Assembly (NCBI RefSeq): GCF_004010195.1
Contig: NC_057719.1
Coordinates: forward strand, 76,974,702-77,038,701
DNA length: 64,000 bases
Reading direction: 5' to 3'
From: Chiloscyllium plagiosum
Taxonomy: Eukaryota
The position numbers and the translations under genes were made by a program. This document shows, piece after piece, positions 1-12,109 of this stretch (positions are counted from its first letter, which is position 1; each line of letters begins with the position of its first letter). The notes beneath the pieces are model-generated. The model did no database searches and was not told the DNA's origin. It was given only the letters and a program-made list of their open reading frames with translations.

Positions 1-175
1 AAATGACATCACCACAAACCCCAGGAATCCCATCCAGGAGAAAGATATAAATAGAAAGCAGGAGACAACAGCTTCGCTTCACTTGGAGGTCACCACTGAT
101 GATGTTACCTAGTCAGGTAATGAAACGTCTGGATATCAAACCGACAGCTCAGCGAGCAAACCTACACCCTAAACC
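1..175 (+). mobile_element. Penelope-like element 3' end
   Basis: Similar to 26940-27090 and to the reverse complement of 58121-58270; contains a hammerhead core. Confidence 0.7.
93..132 (+). ncRNA. Minimal type I hammerhead ribozyme motif (PLE-associated)
   Basis: CCA-CTGATGA-tgttacct-agtc-aggtaat-GAAAC-GTC-TGG: both core boxes, a paired stem II, a GUC cleavage triplet and a 3-bp stem I (CCA/TGG). Confidence 0.7.
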
Positions 176-300
176 TTGTATGTCTCACTCTGTGTCTAAG
201 CACCCTATGATCTGAATGTCTTTGTTTGCTATGATCTGCCTGTACTGCTCGCAAAGCAAAGCTTTTCACTGTGCTTAGGTACTTGTGACTATAATAAAAC
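176..300 (+). mobile_element. Rex1/Babar-type LINE 3' end
   Basis: gatctgcctgtactgctcgcaaa...cttttcactgt...gtgac.ataataaa matches the 3' end at 28515-28590. Confidence 0.55.
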
Positions 301-945
301 AAAGTGTGAGGTTATGCACATGAGTAGGATGAATAGAGGTGTAGACTATTTTCTAAACTGGGGAAAGTTTTGGAAATCTGAATCACAGTTACTTCGCAGT
401 CATAGTCCAGGACACACTTACATTTAACATGCAGGTTCAGTTAGCAGTTAGGAAGGCAAATGCAATGATTGTGTTCATTTTGAGAGTGCTAGAATACAAG
501 AGCAGGGATGTAGTGCTGTAAAAGGCTCTGGGCAGACTCCATTTGGAGTATTGTGAGCAGTTTTGGGGGGGGGGTGCGGATCACATTGAAACTCTCAGGA
601 TACTGAGAGACTTGGATCATGTGGACACAGTGAAGATGTATTCCCTAGTAGGAGAGACTAGGACCCAAGGGCAAAGTCTCAGAGTGAGATTTTAGAATTG
701 AGATGAGAAGGAATTTATTCAGCAATGGGATGGTTAATCTGTGCAACCTGTTGCCACAGAGGCTGTGGAGACCAAATTACTGAGTATATTTCAGACAGAG
801 AATAGGTTCTTGATTATTAAGGGGATCGAAAGTTATGTGGAGAAGGCGGGAAAATGGAGTTGAGATACATGTCAGCAATAATTAAATGGTAGAGAGACTT
901 GATGGGCAAAATGGTCTAATTCTGCTTCAATATCTTATTGGGTTA
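300..945 (+). mobile_element. Decayed CR1 LINE 3' fragment
   Basis: KCEVMH, RLHLEYCEQFW and ETRT.G...RRNLF motifs with many indels. Confidence 0.75.
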
Positions 946-1092
946 TAGTCGAACAGGTTTATTTAAAACCGCAAGCATTCGGAGCCCCGCTCTTTCCTCC
1001 GGTAGCTAGTCTCTTACAATTGGACTCTTACCGGTGTCATGTGATTTTTGACTTTGTCCATCCCAGTCCAACTGTTACACCTCCACATCATG
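940..1092. mobile_element. Short PLE-derived repeat with internal inversion
   Basis: Same family as 11753-12109, with its halves in opposite orientation. Confidence 0.5.
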
Positions 1093-2399
1093 ACCAATAT
1101 CTTATAATCATAGTCAGACTGTATAATGTTATGATCACCCTCTGGTATAGGTGGGATTGGAACCTTTACCTTTACTACCACTGTGTCATAAGACCTTCCT
1201 ATTCTCTCTTGTAATCTTAAGAGTTTTGATTTTCAAATTCATATTTTTGTTAATTGGTGTATGAAAGTCTATGGGCTAACATGGCTGCATCTGAATCTGT
1301 TTTGCACTGTAATCAACTAACGCCTAATCAGGATCTGTATAAAATAAAGTTTCTTTTTAGAGGTTTCTCACTGCATGCCAATATATTCTGACCATACACT
1401 AGCACACCTTCTCTACTGACTTTTCATACTGATCTTACTGACTGACTGCATTCAGAGCTGTTCCACAGTGTAAAAATGTGACTGCAAAGAAGGTGTTTAT
1501 CCATATTCATTTATATAATGTTTCTGTGCTTAGTGCGACAATCGATGTAAAAAAAAACCTGCTTCAACACAGTAAGCATAGTGTAAATGATGTGGGTGAG
1601 ATCTCAAAGGGTCAATTCTGTTTACATTTCATTTACTTTTAGAACTGAAGATGTGACTTAGAATTCTGAATGTTATCAAATTGGTGGGTGTGGGGTGAGG
1701 TAGCCAATACTGAGGAGAATTGCAAGATTGTATTATGGAACTTGCAGAATGGATATATAATTGGCAAATTAATTTCACCATTGACAAATATGAAAATTTT
1801 GGTGAGAGGCGAATGCAAAAGGGATCTCCGATTATTAAGTGTAACTCATTAAAGGTAGCACCATAGATTGATTGAGGCCAATTTTTTAAGCAAAGAAGGC
1901 AAGCACATTCATTTATTTATTTTTAGAATTGAAAAGTTGACAAGTTATACAAGATCTGTATTTGTTCTTGCTTAGAGCACAAATTCAATATAGAATACAG
2001 TTCTGGTTGACATGTAATGAATGGACTTATAGAGGTGCTTGAATGTACACAGAATGTTTACAAAGTTGGAATTAGTAATGTGAGATGAGACCTATGAAGC
2101 CTGTCTGGATCTCTTTTTCTTCTTGATAAAAGAAACCTAAGTTTAGCCCAAAATACATCTCTACATTTTTAAAAAATCTTCTGATAGAGTGAACAGAATG
2201 TTTCCATTGTGGGGAAGAGTAGGATAGGACACCATTAATAAATCAATAAATCAAGAAATCAAATAGGGAATTCACATCCAACTTCTTTTATCTAAGGATG
2301 GTAAAAGTGTCATACTTCCTACCACAGGATATGATTGTGATGAGTAGTTTATATGATTTAAATGAATTGATAATCCTGAAACTGAGACTTGATAGCAGT

Positions 2400-3070
2400 C
2401 TGTAAAATTGAGATGCATAGACAGGGTTGACGGTCAGAATCTTTTTTGCCCAGAGTTGAAATGTCTAATACAAGGGGGCTTGCATTTAAGATGAAAGAGA
2501 GAAAGTTCAAAGGAGATTTTCTTACATAGAATCTCTACAGTGGGGAAACAGGCCAACAGATCCACACTGACTCTCTGAAGAGCACCCACACCCTATCCCT
2601 GTAACTCTGCATTTCCCATGGCTCGCCCACCTAACCTGCAAATCCCTGAAAATTATGGACAATTCAGCATGGCCACTCCACCTAACCTATACATCTTTGG
2701 ACTGTGGGAGAAAACCCAAGCACTCGAAGGAAACCCACACAGACACTGGGAGAATCCACACACAGTTGCCCGAGGCTGAAATTGAATCCGGGTCGTTGGT
2801 GCTGTGAGGCAGCAGTGCTAACCACTGATCCACCATGCTGCTTTACACTGAGAATGGTAGGAGTCTGGAACTCACTGCCAAGGTTGGTGCTGGAGGCAGA
2901 TATGACGGGGGCATTTGAGGGACTTTTAGATAAGCAATGAAAATGCAAGGAATGGAAGGATATGGACCAAGGGCAAGGAGAAGGACTTAGTTGAATTTGA
3001 TGTCAGGTTCAACACAACGTCATGGGCTTAAGACCCCGTTCCTGTGCTGTACTGTTCCATATTCTATGTT
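2400..3070 (+). mobile_element. CR1 3' fragment interrupted by an HE1-like SINE (2527-2840, minus strand)
   Basis: CR1 FT.RMVGVWNSLP resumes at ~2842 after the SINE; ttaca on both sides; ttctatg tail. Confidence 0.75.
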
Positions 3071-4332
3071 AGTTCATAGATGAAATTCTGCTGGATGCAC
3101 TGAATGGATTATAGTATTCATTTTTAGAAGTGTGATGTACCTTTTTAAACAGATTGCTAGCCGTTACGCAATTTACCATCCACCTTTTGGTGCTAAATGA
3201 TGATCTTGTATTAATATCTCACACAACAATATGTTTAAACTGCCTGCCTCATTATTCTTATTTTGATAGTTTCGCTTGAGTGTCATTGGTGAAATATACC
3301 ATTTGGCAGGGAGGAAGATGACCATTTTGAGAGGGTATTACAACTGTATAGGGTAGTGTATAGCAAGTGTACTGTTCAATCTTCTTGTTACCACCTAAGA
3401 GAACATCAGAACTACTGTTAAATTGTAGTTTGTTTTTTAAATAGAAAACCATGCCCCTTAAAGAGAAGTAATTAGTTATCAGGAATACACAACCTACTTT
3501 TAAATTGGTGTTGAGTTTTTAAATCACTGAATCAGACAATTCCTCCCTGAAGTTGAATTACTGCTGTTTCATTCGACAGTCCCACTATTTTTCTTTTCAG
3601 TGATGCTCTGAATTTGTTTTTAGAGAATTTGTGATGCGTGCATAGGCAACGTTGGCAGAGAAATTCACATTGTAGGAAATTTCTAACCTGTTTAATTCTT
3701 TCTTTGATTGAAAGCTGTCTGTAATACTTGTAGTGATAGTCTGACTTAAGGATCATAGCAAATTTGTTTTTGCTTGTAAGCAAAATGAAAAGTGGAGTAT
3801 GTCATGACACTGTTGGTGGTAAATGTCAGATTGCATTGCATTTCAATCCCAGAGTTGCAAAACCCAGCATCTGATGACCTGATACCCTATCTGCAGACTA
3901 TAGCATGTGTGTGTGGACTGTCTGCATTTGGAATTCAGGAAGGAAACTGAGTGCAGGATGATGTCATTAGGAACAGAGGTTTCAACTTCAATGTGCTGTA
4001 TATGCTTTCACAATCATATTTACAGTCAACTAGATTAACAAAGGTTTGTTCTAACTTGAAAATGCAATCAATTATTTCAAGTTTGTTAAGTTGACTACCA
4101 TCTTTATACTGTGACACTTCAAATTTGCACAGTCATGTCATATGGATGTTTGAAATCGTTCGAGATTGAAGTGTTAGAGCAATGAGGTGAAAGATCAGGA
4201 ACTGTTTTAACCAATTCAGTGCTGTGTTTGGTGGTTTGATGATCATTGTGGATTAATGAATTAAAATGGGCTACTTGGCCTTTCTCATCCATTATTACTT
4301 GGTTTTGATTTTTTTAAGAAGAGTCTTCAGAA

Positions 4333-4465
4333 TTTTGAAGAAGGGTCACTGGGTCCGAAACATTAACTCTGCTTTATGTCCATAGGTGCTGCCAGACATG
4401 ATTTTTCCCAGTAACTTCTCTTTTTGTTTCTAATTTTCAGCATCCGCAGTTCTTTGGTTTTTCTT
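4333..4465 (+). mobile_element. Short PLE-derived repeat with degenerate hammerhead core (related copy 6896-7024, minus strand)
   Basis: tgaagaagggtc...ccgaaaca...gctgccagac...cagcatccgcagt; same family as 40894-41033. Confidence 0.55.
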
Positions 4466-4920
4466 TTTTCCCCACAGTCCATTGTTGTATTCTGAAAGCC
4501 AAACTACTGTGTTCCTTTGCATTATGTATCCATATTATGTTTGATATTTTGTTTTTTTTTTGCTTTGGATTACTCATTGAGGGGGCTGTTAGCTTCTTTG
4601 TGGTCTTGACAATAACCTTATTAGCTGTAACATATAATTACTTTTCTGACTGAGCCCAAGTTAATGGACAGAATTTTTCTTTGGTAATAGGTCAGTGTCT
4701 AATCAAGGGAACTTTTGTATTTTTCCTTTTTAAAAAAAAGGCAAAGGTTCACGTTATCAAATTAGTCTTAGACGTTAATTGACAAGTGAATTTAGAAAAC
4801 TGAAGATGCACATGCAAATACTATAACCTTAATGTGGAAATATTGAAAACAATTATAATAACCAGATTCTTGCGGATTAGTAACCATCTGCAAACTAAGC
4901 TTTGTTGTGGATAGCTGTTA

Positions 4921-5139
4921 CAGTAGTCCCTCTACCTGTGGGGGTTGGGTTCTAGGACCTACCACGGAAGTCCAAACCGCAGATGAGAGTGAACCCATTC
5001 ATTTAAATGGGAAGCGTTCCTTTCCGGCAGCCCTCTGGTCCCTGATGCTGGAGCGTTCCCTATAATCTGTTCCGGCCATGGTAAACCGCGGGTAAATGAA
5101 ACCGTTGAAAACGATTCCGTGGATACGGGGGTCGCCCTG
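4921..5139. mobile_element. Tc1/mariner (Tigger/pogo-like) MITE
   Basis: TA-CAG...CTG-TA termini with imperfect ~22-bp terminal inverted repeats (cagtagtccctctacctgtgg versus reverse complement cagggcgacccccgtatccacgg). Confidence 0.6.
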
Positions 5140-5230
5140 TATATATCAGTACTGCACAAACAAGTTTCCAATGTGACCCCATTTTAATAATTGCAAGTTA
5201 ACGTTTTCCAGAGTCTAACTAAAACATGGC

Positions 5231-5536
5231 GGGCGGCACGGTGGCACAGTGGTTAGCACTGCTGCCTCACAGCGCCGGAGACCCGGGTTCAATTCCTGCC
5301 TCAGGCGACTGTGCAAACTCCACACAGTCATGCTCCCCGTGTCTGTGTGGGTTTCCTCCGGGTGTTCCGGTTTCCTCCCACAGTCCAAAGATGTGCAGGT
5401 CAGGTGAATTGGCCATGCTAAATTGCCCGTAGTGTTAGGTAAGGGGTAAATGTAGGGGTGGGTTGCGCATCGGCGGGTCGGTGTGGACTTGTTGGGCCGA
5501 AGGGCCTGTTTCCACACTGTAATGTAATCTAATCTA
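5231..5536 (+). mobile_element. HE1-type tRNA-derived SINE
   Basis: GGGCGGCACGG start, A box TGGCACAGTGG, B box GGTTCAATTCC, V-SINE core, CR1-like tail ending in (CTAAT)n. Confidence 0.9.
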
Positions 5537-7932
5537 AAAAAAACAGCAATAAAGCAGCATATTATCATTAATTATATAATAATTAAAGTTTGTGTGAGTA
5601 GGTCAGTTATAAATATAATCATCTGAGTTTGTCAGTATTTCAGAGTTTTTTTTTTGTTTTCAGGTAGATTTTAGGTAAGTGAAGCACGTCTCTCCCACTC
5701 CGCCTTTCTTTGCACCCAGTCACTCACTCGGCATGCCCTCTTCAGAACGTCGCTCAAATGACTTATTCGTCAACTCCTCTTCCCTGTCACCTCCTCAGCT
5801 TCTCTTTACTGTGCCACTTTCACATATACACATTCAACGTGTCACCCCCCCCCCCCCAAAAAAAAACAGAGTTGCTATTGTGGTGAAGGAGCCAATGCAA
5901 CAGAAACATTATCAAGTTTGAAGCCTGCACTTGCCTTCCTTGTACAACCTTGTATTTTATTTGTTCATGGGATGTGGGCATCACTGCCTAAGCAAGCATT
6001 TATTGCCCTTCCAGTTTCAAGTCAACCGCATTGATGTGGATATGGGGACACATCTAGGCCAGATCAGGTAAGAACATCAGTGAATCAGGTCAGTTTTCTG
6101 TCAATTGACAATGCTTTCCTGGTCATCATTAGACTCTGAATTCTAGATAGATATTGAATTCAAATTCCATTATTACAGATAGTGTAATTTGAATCCAGTT
6201 TGCCAGGACATTGCTTGTGAAAATACCACTAGGTCATTGCCTACCTATTATCTCCTGTTTTGTCCCTCACTCAACTGAGTGGCTATCTGCCTACATGTTA
6301 CTGGCACACAAACATCCAAACTCATATGAACTGGGTGTTAAAATTGGCTTCTGGTGGCTATCATGAGGGTCTCATGATAGCAGTTGTAACCCCTCTGACC
6401 CCGTTGACCCAAAGGTTTGGGATCCCTGCTTTGTAAAAGATTGCTGAACTGATCTAAGCTAATTATCTTTAGTTCCAATCTATTCTTTGAGTTCAAACAG
6501 TCTTGGTTCAAAATTTCCAGTGTTCGATTTCAATGATTGTTAACTAAGTTCAGAAATAACTGCCAGTCATAATATTAAGCGAGGAAATCACCGGGTTTTG
6601 TTTGAATATGTCTTGGCTTCTGCCTCAAGCTTTCTGTAGACAGCAGATAAATTCTTAAAACAATGGTCTCAAGTTACGCTGGAGACAAGATTCTGACTGC
6701 AGCAGGTGTTCATACTGCTGTATGACGTTTTGCTGATTGAAGTGGAGAGATAAGATAACAAAGAATATCAAATTTTCTTTCTATTTTACCATAAGCCCTG
6801 AAACTTGTTTTTTTGTTGAAAAGTAATTGATGCTTGATGGTGATTTTGTGAAGAAAAGAGGTTGGCCAAACAGACATTTGGGTACGAAGAAACTGAAAGA
6901 ACTGTGGGTGTTGTAAATCTGAAACAAAAACAGAAATTGCTGGAAAATCTCAGCAGGTCTGGCAGCATCTGTGGAAAAAAATCCGAGTTAACATTTCGAG
7001 TCTCAGTGACCCTTCTTCAGAACCCTTCTTTGGACATTTGGTTTCTACATCGAAGGAGATGTATTCAGTCAGGGTGATAACTTCAACTTAAGAGGACTGA
7101 TTTTCCCTTTCCCAGATTACACTTCGTCACATCATAATGAATGAAAAGACGGAAAATGTTGATTATGCATACATTTGCAACAAGTTTAATTTACAATAAG
7201 ACTTTGTTTGAATCCCCTACAAATTGAGTTGTTTCTGTGTAATGCAACATGTTGGTCAAAAAAAATTTAGCAATAAACAACATCCTCTCAGTACTCACGT
7301 TTTGGACAGTATGTCAATGTACAATTTAACGTTAATTATTTGTGCATTGATTGAAATTGGAAGACAAAATGTAGTCTCTGCAGATATTTTTGGTTGTGTG
7401 TAAATTTCAACTTAACCAAATCTTAGCAGGCAGCGTCCTATTTTGCCCAAGATAGTGCCATATTCTCATTGACCTATATTAGCTGCTGAATTAATTTAGT
7501 TAAAATTTTCATCCTTGTTTGAGTCCTTTTGTGACCTCATTTTTCTCCCTCATTGTAATGTGTCTTCCAGTGCAGCATTCTGCTCCAAACAATGCATTCC
7601 CCAATGACAAATGTTTTGTGCATCATCCTTTTCCTTTTTACCACTTTTAACAGTCATGCCTCTTAGCCCTCTGCGATACACACAGCATAATTCTATCTCT
7701 AAATTCCATTGTATTTCTGACTTCCTCTGCAATCTCCAGACCATCCATGGATTATTGACCAAGCTTGTGAATGTTCTCTGACTCCATATGAGTCCCCGTG
7801 CTATATGCTGGGTATGTTGTTCTATATTGAAGTTGCTATATGAATGCATTATTTTCACAATATTAAATGCATTCAGAGTTTGTGATTTTGATTTTGTTTC
7901 TACAGAGGAAATTATGCCTCACATCTCAAAGA

Positions 7933-9498
7933 TCAGCAAGGTGGCCTTTGTGTGGAGCCGCAGAAAATGGGGGAGATACTAAACGAGTATTTTGCATCAG
8001 TATTTACTGTGGAAAAGGATATGGAAGATATAGACCGTAGGGAAATAGATGGTGACACCTTGTAAAATGTCCATATTAGAGGAGGAAGTGCTGGATGTCT
8101 TGAAACATGTAAACGTGGATATAGACCATTGAGCCTGGTGTCGGTGGTGGGCAAGTTGTTGGAGGGAATCCTGAGGGACTGGATGTACATGTATTTGTAA
8201 AGGAAAGGACTGATTAGGGATAGTCAACATGGCTTTGTGCATGGGAAATCATGTCTCACAAACTTGAATGAGTTTTTTTAAGAAGTAACAAAGAGGATTG
8301 ATGACGGCAGAGCAGTAGATGTGATCTATATGGACTTCAGTAAAGCATTCGACAAGGTTCCCCATGGTAGACTGGTTAGCAAGGTTAGCTCTCATGGAAT
8401 ACAGGGAGAACTAGCCATTTGGATACAGAACGGGCTCAAAGGTAGAAGACAGAGGGTGGTGGTGGAGGGTTGTTTTTCAGACTGGAGGCCTGTGACCAGT
8501 GGAGTGCCGCAAGGGTCCTCTACTTGTCATTTACATAAATGATTTGGATGCGAGCATAAGAGATACAGTTAGTAAGTTTGCAGATGGCACCAAAATTGGA
8601 GGTGTAGTGGATAGCAAAGAGGGTTACCTCAGATTACAACAGGATCTAGATAAGATGGGCCATTGGGCTGAGAAGTAGCAGATGAAGTTTAATTCAGATA
8701 AATGCGAGGTGCTGCATTTTGGGAAAGCAAATCTTAGCAGGACTTATACACTTAATGGTAAGGTCCAAGGGAGTGTTGCTGAACAAAGAGACCCTTGGAG
8801 TGCAGATTCATAGCTCTTTGAAAGTGGATTCGCAGGTAGATAGCGTAGTGAAGAAGGCATTTGGTATGCTTTCTTTTATTGGTCAGAGTACTGAGTACAG
8901 GAGTTGAGAGGTCATGTTGTGGCTGTATAGGACATTGGTTAGGCCACTGTTGGAATATTGCGTGCAATTCTGGTCTCCTTCCTATTTGAAAGATGTTGTG
9001 AAACTTGAAAGGGTTCAGAAAAGATTTACAAGGATGTTGCGAGGGTTGGAGGATTTGAGCTACAGGGAGAGGCTGAACAGGCTGGGGCTGTTTTCCCTGC
9101 AGCGTCTGAGGTTGTGGGGTGACCTTATAGAGATTTTCAAAATCATGAAGGACATGGATAGGATAAATAGACAGTCTCTTTTTCCTGGGGTCGGGGAGTC
9201 CAGAACTAGAGGGCATAGGTTTAGGGTGAGAGGGGAAAGATATAAAAGAGACCTAAGGGGCAACTTTTTCACACAGAGGGTGGTATGTGTATGGAATGAG
9301 CTGCCAGAGAAAGTGGTGGAGGCTGGTACAATTGCAACATTTTAAGAGGCGTTTGGATGGGTATATGAATAGGAAGGGTTTGGAGGGATATGGGCCGGGT
9401 GTTGCCACGTGGGACTAGAAGGGGTTGGGATATCTGGTCGGCATAGATGGGTTGGACCAATGGGTCTATTTCCATGTTGGACACCTCTATGACTCTAT
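7933..9498 (+). mobile_element. CR1 LINE, 5'-truncated with internal deletions (RT domain to 3' tail)
   Basis: YMDFSKAFDKVPH, SGVPQG and RPLLEYCVQFWSP motifs; frameshifts and stops; (CTCTATGA)n tail. Confidence 0.95.
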
Positions 9499-11008
9499 GC
9501 ACTTACACAATGATATCGTTAGGATAGAGTGAAATACCTAGCTCCAACGGCATGATCACACACAAATCAATGGCACTTGCTACTGACCTCAGAATAGATC
9601 AAACAATACCTCTGGTGTGGATTTTCCCCTTTCCCAACTCAGTTTTAATCTGCCACCAAATCAAGAGGACCAACAGGCTTTTAGCAACAATGTCATCAAG
9701 CCAATCACAATGAAATTCTTTTTCTCAGACAGTGTCAAAGATTAAACACAACTGATATCCTGTCACTATTAGTTATATTTTGTGGAAAAGGAATAAGTGA
9801 TTGCCACAGACATATGGGATAAAGGTGAAATATTTTAAAATTAATTGAAATATTTTTAATTGTGAGATTTCATAAAACATTAGTTTTTCAGATTTAGAGA
9901 GGTTTTTCCAGAATTAAGTACACGTTTTTTGAAAAAGGCTGTGCCTCATTTTACACGGTGTAACTTTTTCCAAAGACTTTTACAATTGAATTCATAGCAT
10001 GAAGTCATTGTCAACATCTTCTGGCTTTTTCATAATAACAGAATACTGGAAATGCTCAGCATGTTTGATAACGTCTGTCGACAGCAAAATAGTAACATTT
10101 CAAGCAGTTCTGTGGTCATTCGTAAAAGCATTTGCTGTCGGTTTCAGACATGTAATTTCCTCTGTTTGCTTTTTCTAAAGTAGAAAATAATTGTTCTAAA
10201 TTTCAGAAACACAATTTGAAACATATAATGCAATTGGGTTCAGAAAATTTAAAAGAAACATTTTTGTTCTCTTGATAGTTCCCCTCTCTGGGTCTCCTGT
10301 AGCACTTAATGTAAAACACCACAATGTACTAGAACAGTAACAACAATGGCAAAGTCAGTCAGTCACATCCGGTGTTAAAAATGGAAGACAATTCAAAATG
10401 TTTGGAAATGTGCATGATTTGAAGAGCCAAAATGTTTTTTGAATAGACTATTCAGTGCTAAAAATAGTGTTCCTTTTTTACACATCTAATGTTGCAAATC
10501 CTAGCTCGTCAATTAACCATTTCACTGAGCCAACTGACATTGTTTACCTGGAGGTTTTTGTTATTAAATCAGGTTAATAGCATTGTTTTGTCTTAATTAT
10601 TTTATAATATTGGGGATTTATTTAGCTATTGGTAGCTAAGTTCTGTAACTGGTGATGCAAATATTTCTCATACTAGGATTTGAATTCTGATAATTCAAAT
10701 CTGCTCCAAAATGAATGGTGTAAAATGAGCCTTTAGATAGTTTACAAAACACATCATTGTCTATGGAAGAAAGCTTTCTTTATTTTGCTACAAATATATA
10801 AAGAGTTACATGTATGGCAATGGAATTAATTTCATCACTTGTACATGAAGTGATTGTGACAAAGTGATGCTTATTCTTTGGTCCCATCCAAAAAATGTTC
10901 AGAGTTAATTTCTTACCTTAAGAGAAGTGTTCTTTGGACAATTACGTTTATCAACCCAACACCCGTTCACTTAAATTTATTTCTGTTAGAAGGTAAGTGA
11001 TGTCTTTA

Positions 11009-11630
11009 GCAGATCCAGCAAATTTGGTTCATAGGTTATTTCTGGTTTTGTCGTTTGCTGCTGCTTCCTGCTGAGAAAGAACATGTCCTCATTGTAGGCC
11101 TCTGGCTTCATGCAAAGAAAACGGTAGCATGTTTTTGAAGCACTTTGTGAAACTGAGTTTTTGTGTCTTGATACAAATCAGAAACATTTCATAGGTAGTT
11201 AATTGACATGTACCATTAATTTTAATTATGCTTCTTGGATGTTTTAAATAGTGCAGAAAAACTGACTGTATTCTTATCAAGGTTACTGTTAATGTTAGGT
11301 AGCTTAGTGATGGCCATTCGCCATTCATTTTATTTGTTGTCGTTGTACTGTAGCTCAGGAATGATCTAGATCTCCATTATTTATAGCTGAGTTTTTAATT
11401 GTCACTAAACTGTAACTTATGGTAATGATATAAATGCATTTACACTCTGCATTGCCAGCAATTGGATTTTAGGTCACTGGGCAAATAAGTTTTGAAAATG
11501 TTTCAATGCGGACTGCTGCTGTGCCTGACATTTCTTATTGAACCCCTCTCAAGTGTCTTTTCGGAATGAAGGAAGCAGCAGCAAATGTTAAAACTAGAAA
11601 TAACCTATGAACCAAATTTGCTGGATCTGC
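11009..11630. repeat. 61-bp inverted repeat pair (11009-11069 / 11570-11630) with 500-nt spacer
   Basis: 57 of 61 positions are complementary. Confidence 0.9.
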
Positions 11631-11752
11631 ATGGGGTGCTATTTCCATTTTATTGTATTTCATCTAAAAGTAATGCAATGTCATGAATTTGCTTTACTTA
11701 TTATTTCTATTAGTTAGATGTTATAATTATTTTCACATCAATTGTGAATTTT

Positions 11753-12109
11753 AATGATGTGGAGGTGCCAATATTGGACTGGAGTGGATAAATTTAGAAG
11801 TCACACAACACCAGAGTATCATCTAGATTAGAGTGGTGCTGGAAAAGCACAGCAGTTCAGGTAGCATCCGAGGAGCAGTAAAATCGACGTTTCGGGCAAA
11901 AGCCCTTCATCAGGAATGCAGGCAGAGAGCCTGAAGGGTGGAGAGATAAGTGAGAGGAGGGTGGGGGTGGGGAGAAAGTAGCAGAGTATAGTATTTGAAA
12001 TCATACGCTTTTGGAATGCTGCTCCTTCGTCAGGTGAGGCAAGGCTCCGAAAGCTTGTGATTTCAAATAAACCTGTCCGACTATAACCTGCATTGTGTGA
12101 CTTTTGACC
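11753..12109. mobile_element. Head-to-head pair of short PLE-derived repeats, with a second PLE-end family nested at ~11826-11990
   Basis: Inversion point near 12037; flanked by TTGTGAATTTT at 11742-11752 and 12110-12120. Confidence 0.7.
11886..11913 (-). ncRNA. Minimal hammerhead ribozyme motif in a short PLE-derived repeat
   Basis: Minus strand reads CTGATGA-a-GGGC-tttt-GCCC-GAAAC-GTC. Confidence 0.7.

Noticed and set aside
5231..5300. tRNA gene
   Set aside because: The A/B boxes belong to the head of an HE1 SINE that continues into a SINE body and tail; the same applies at 61143.
8321..9345. Reverse-transcriptase ORFs as an active element
   Set aside because: Frameshifts, stops, internal deletions, a mutated ADD motif and 5' truncation indicate a dead CR1 copy.
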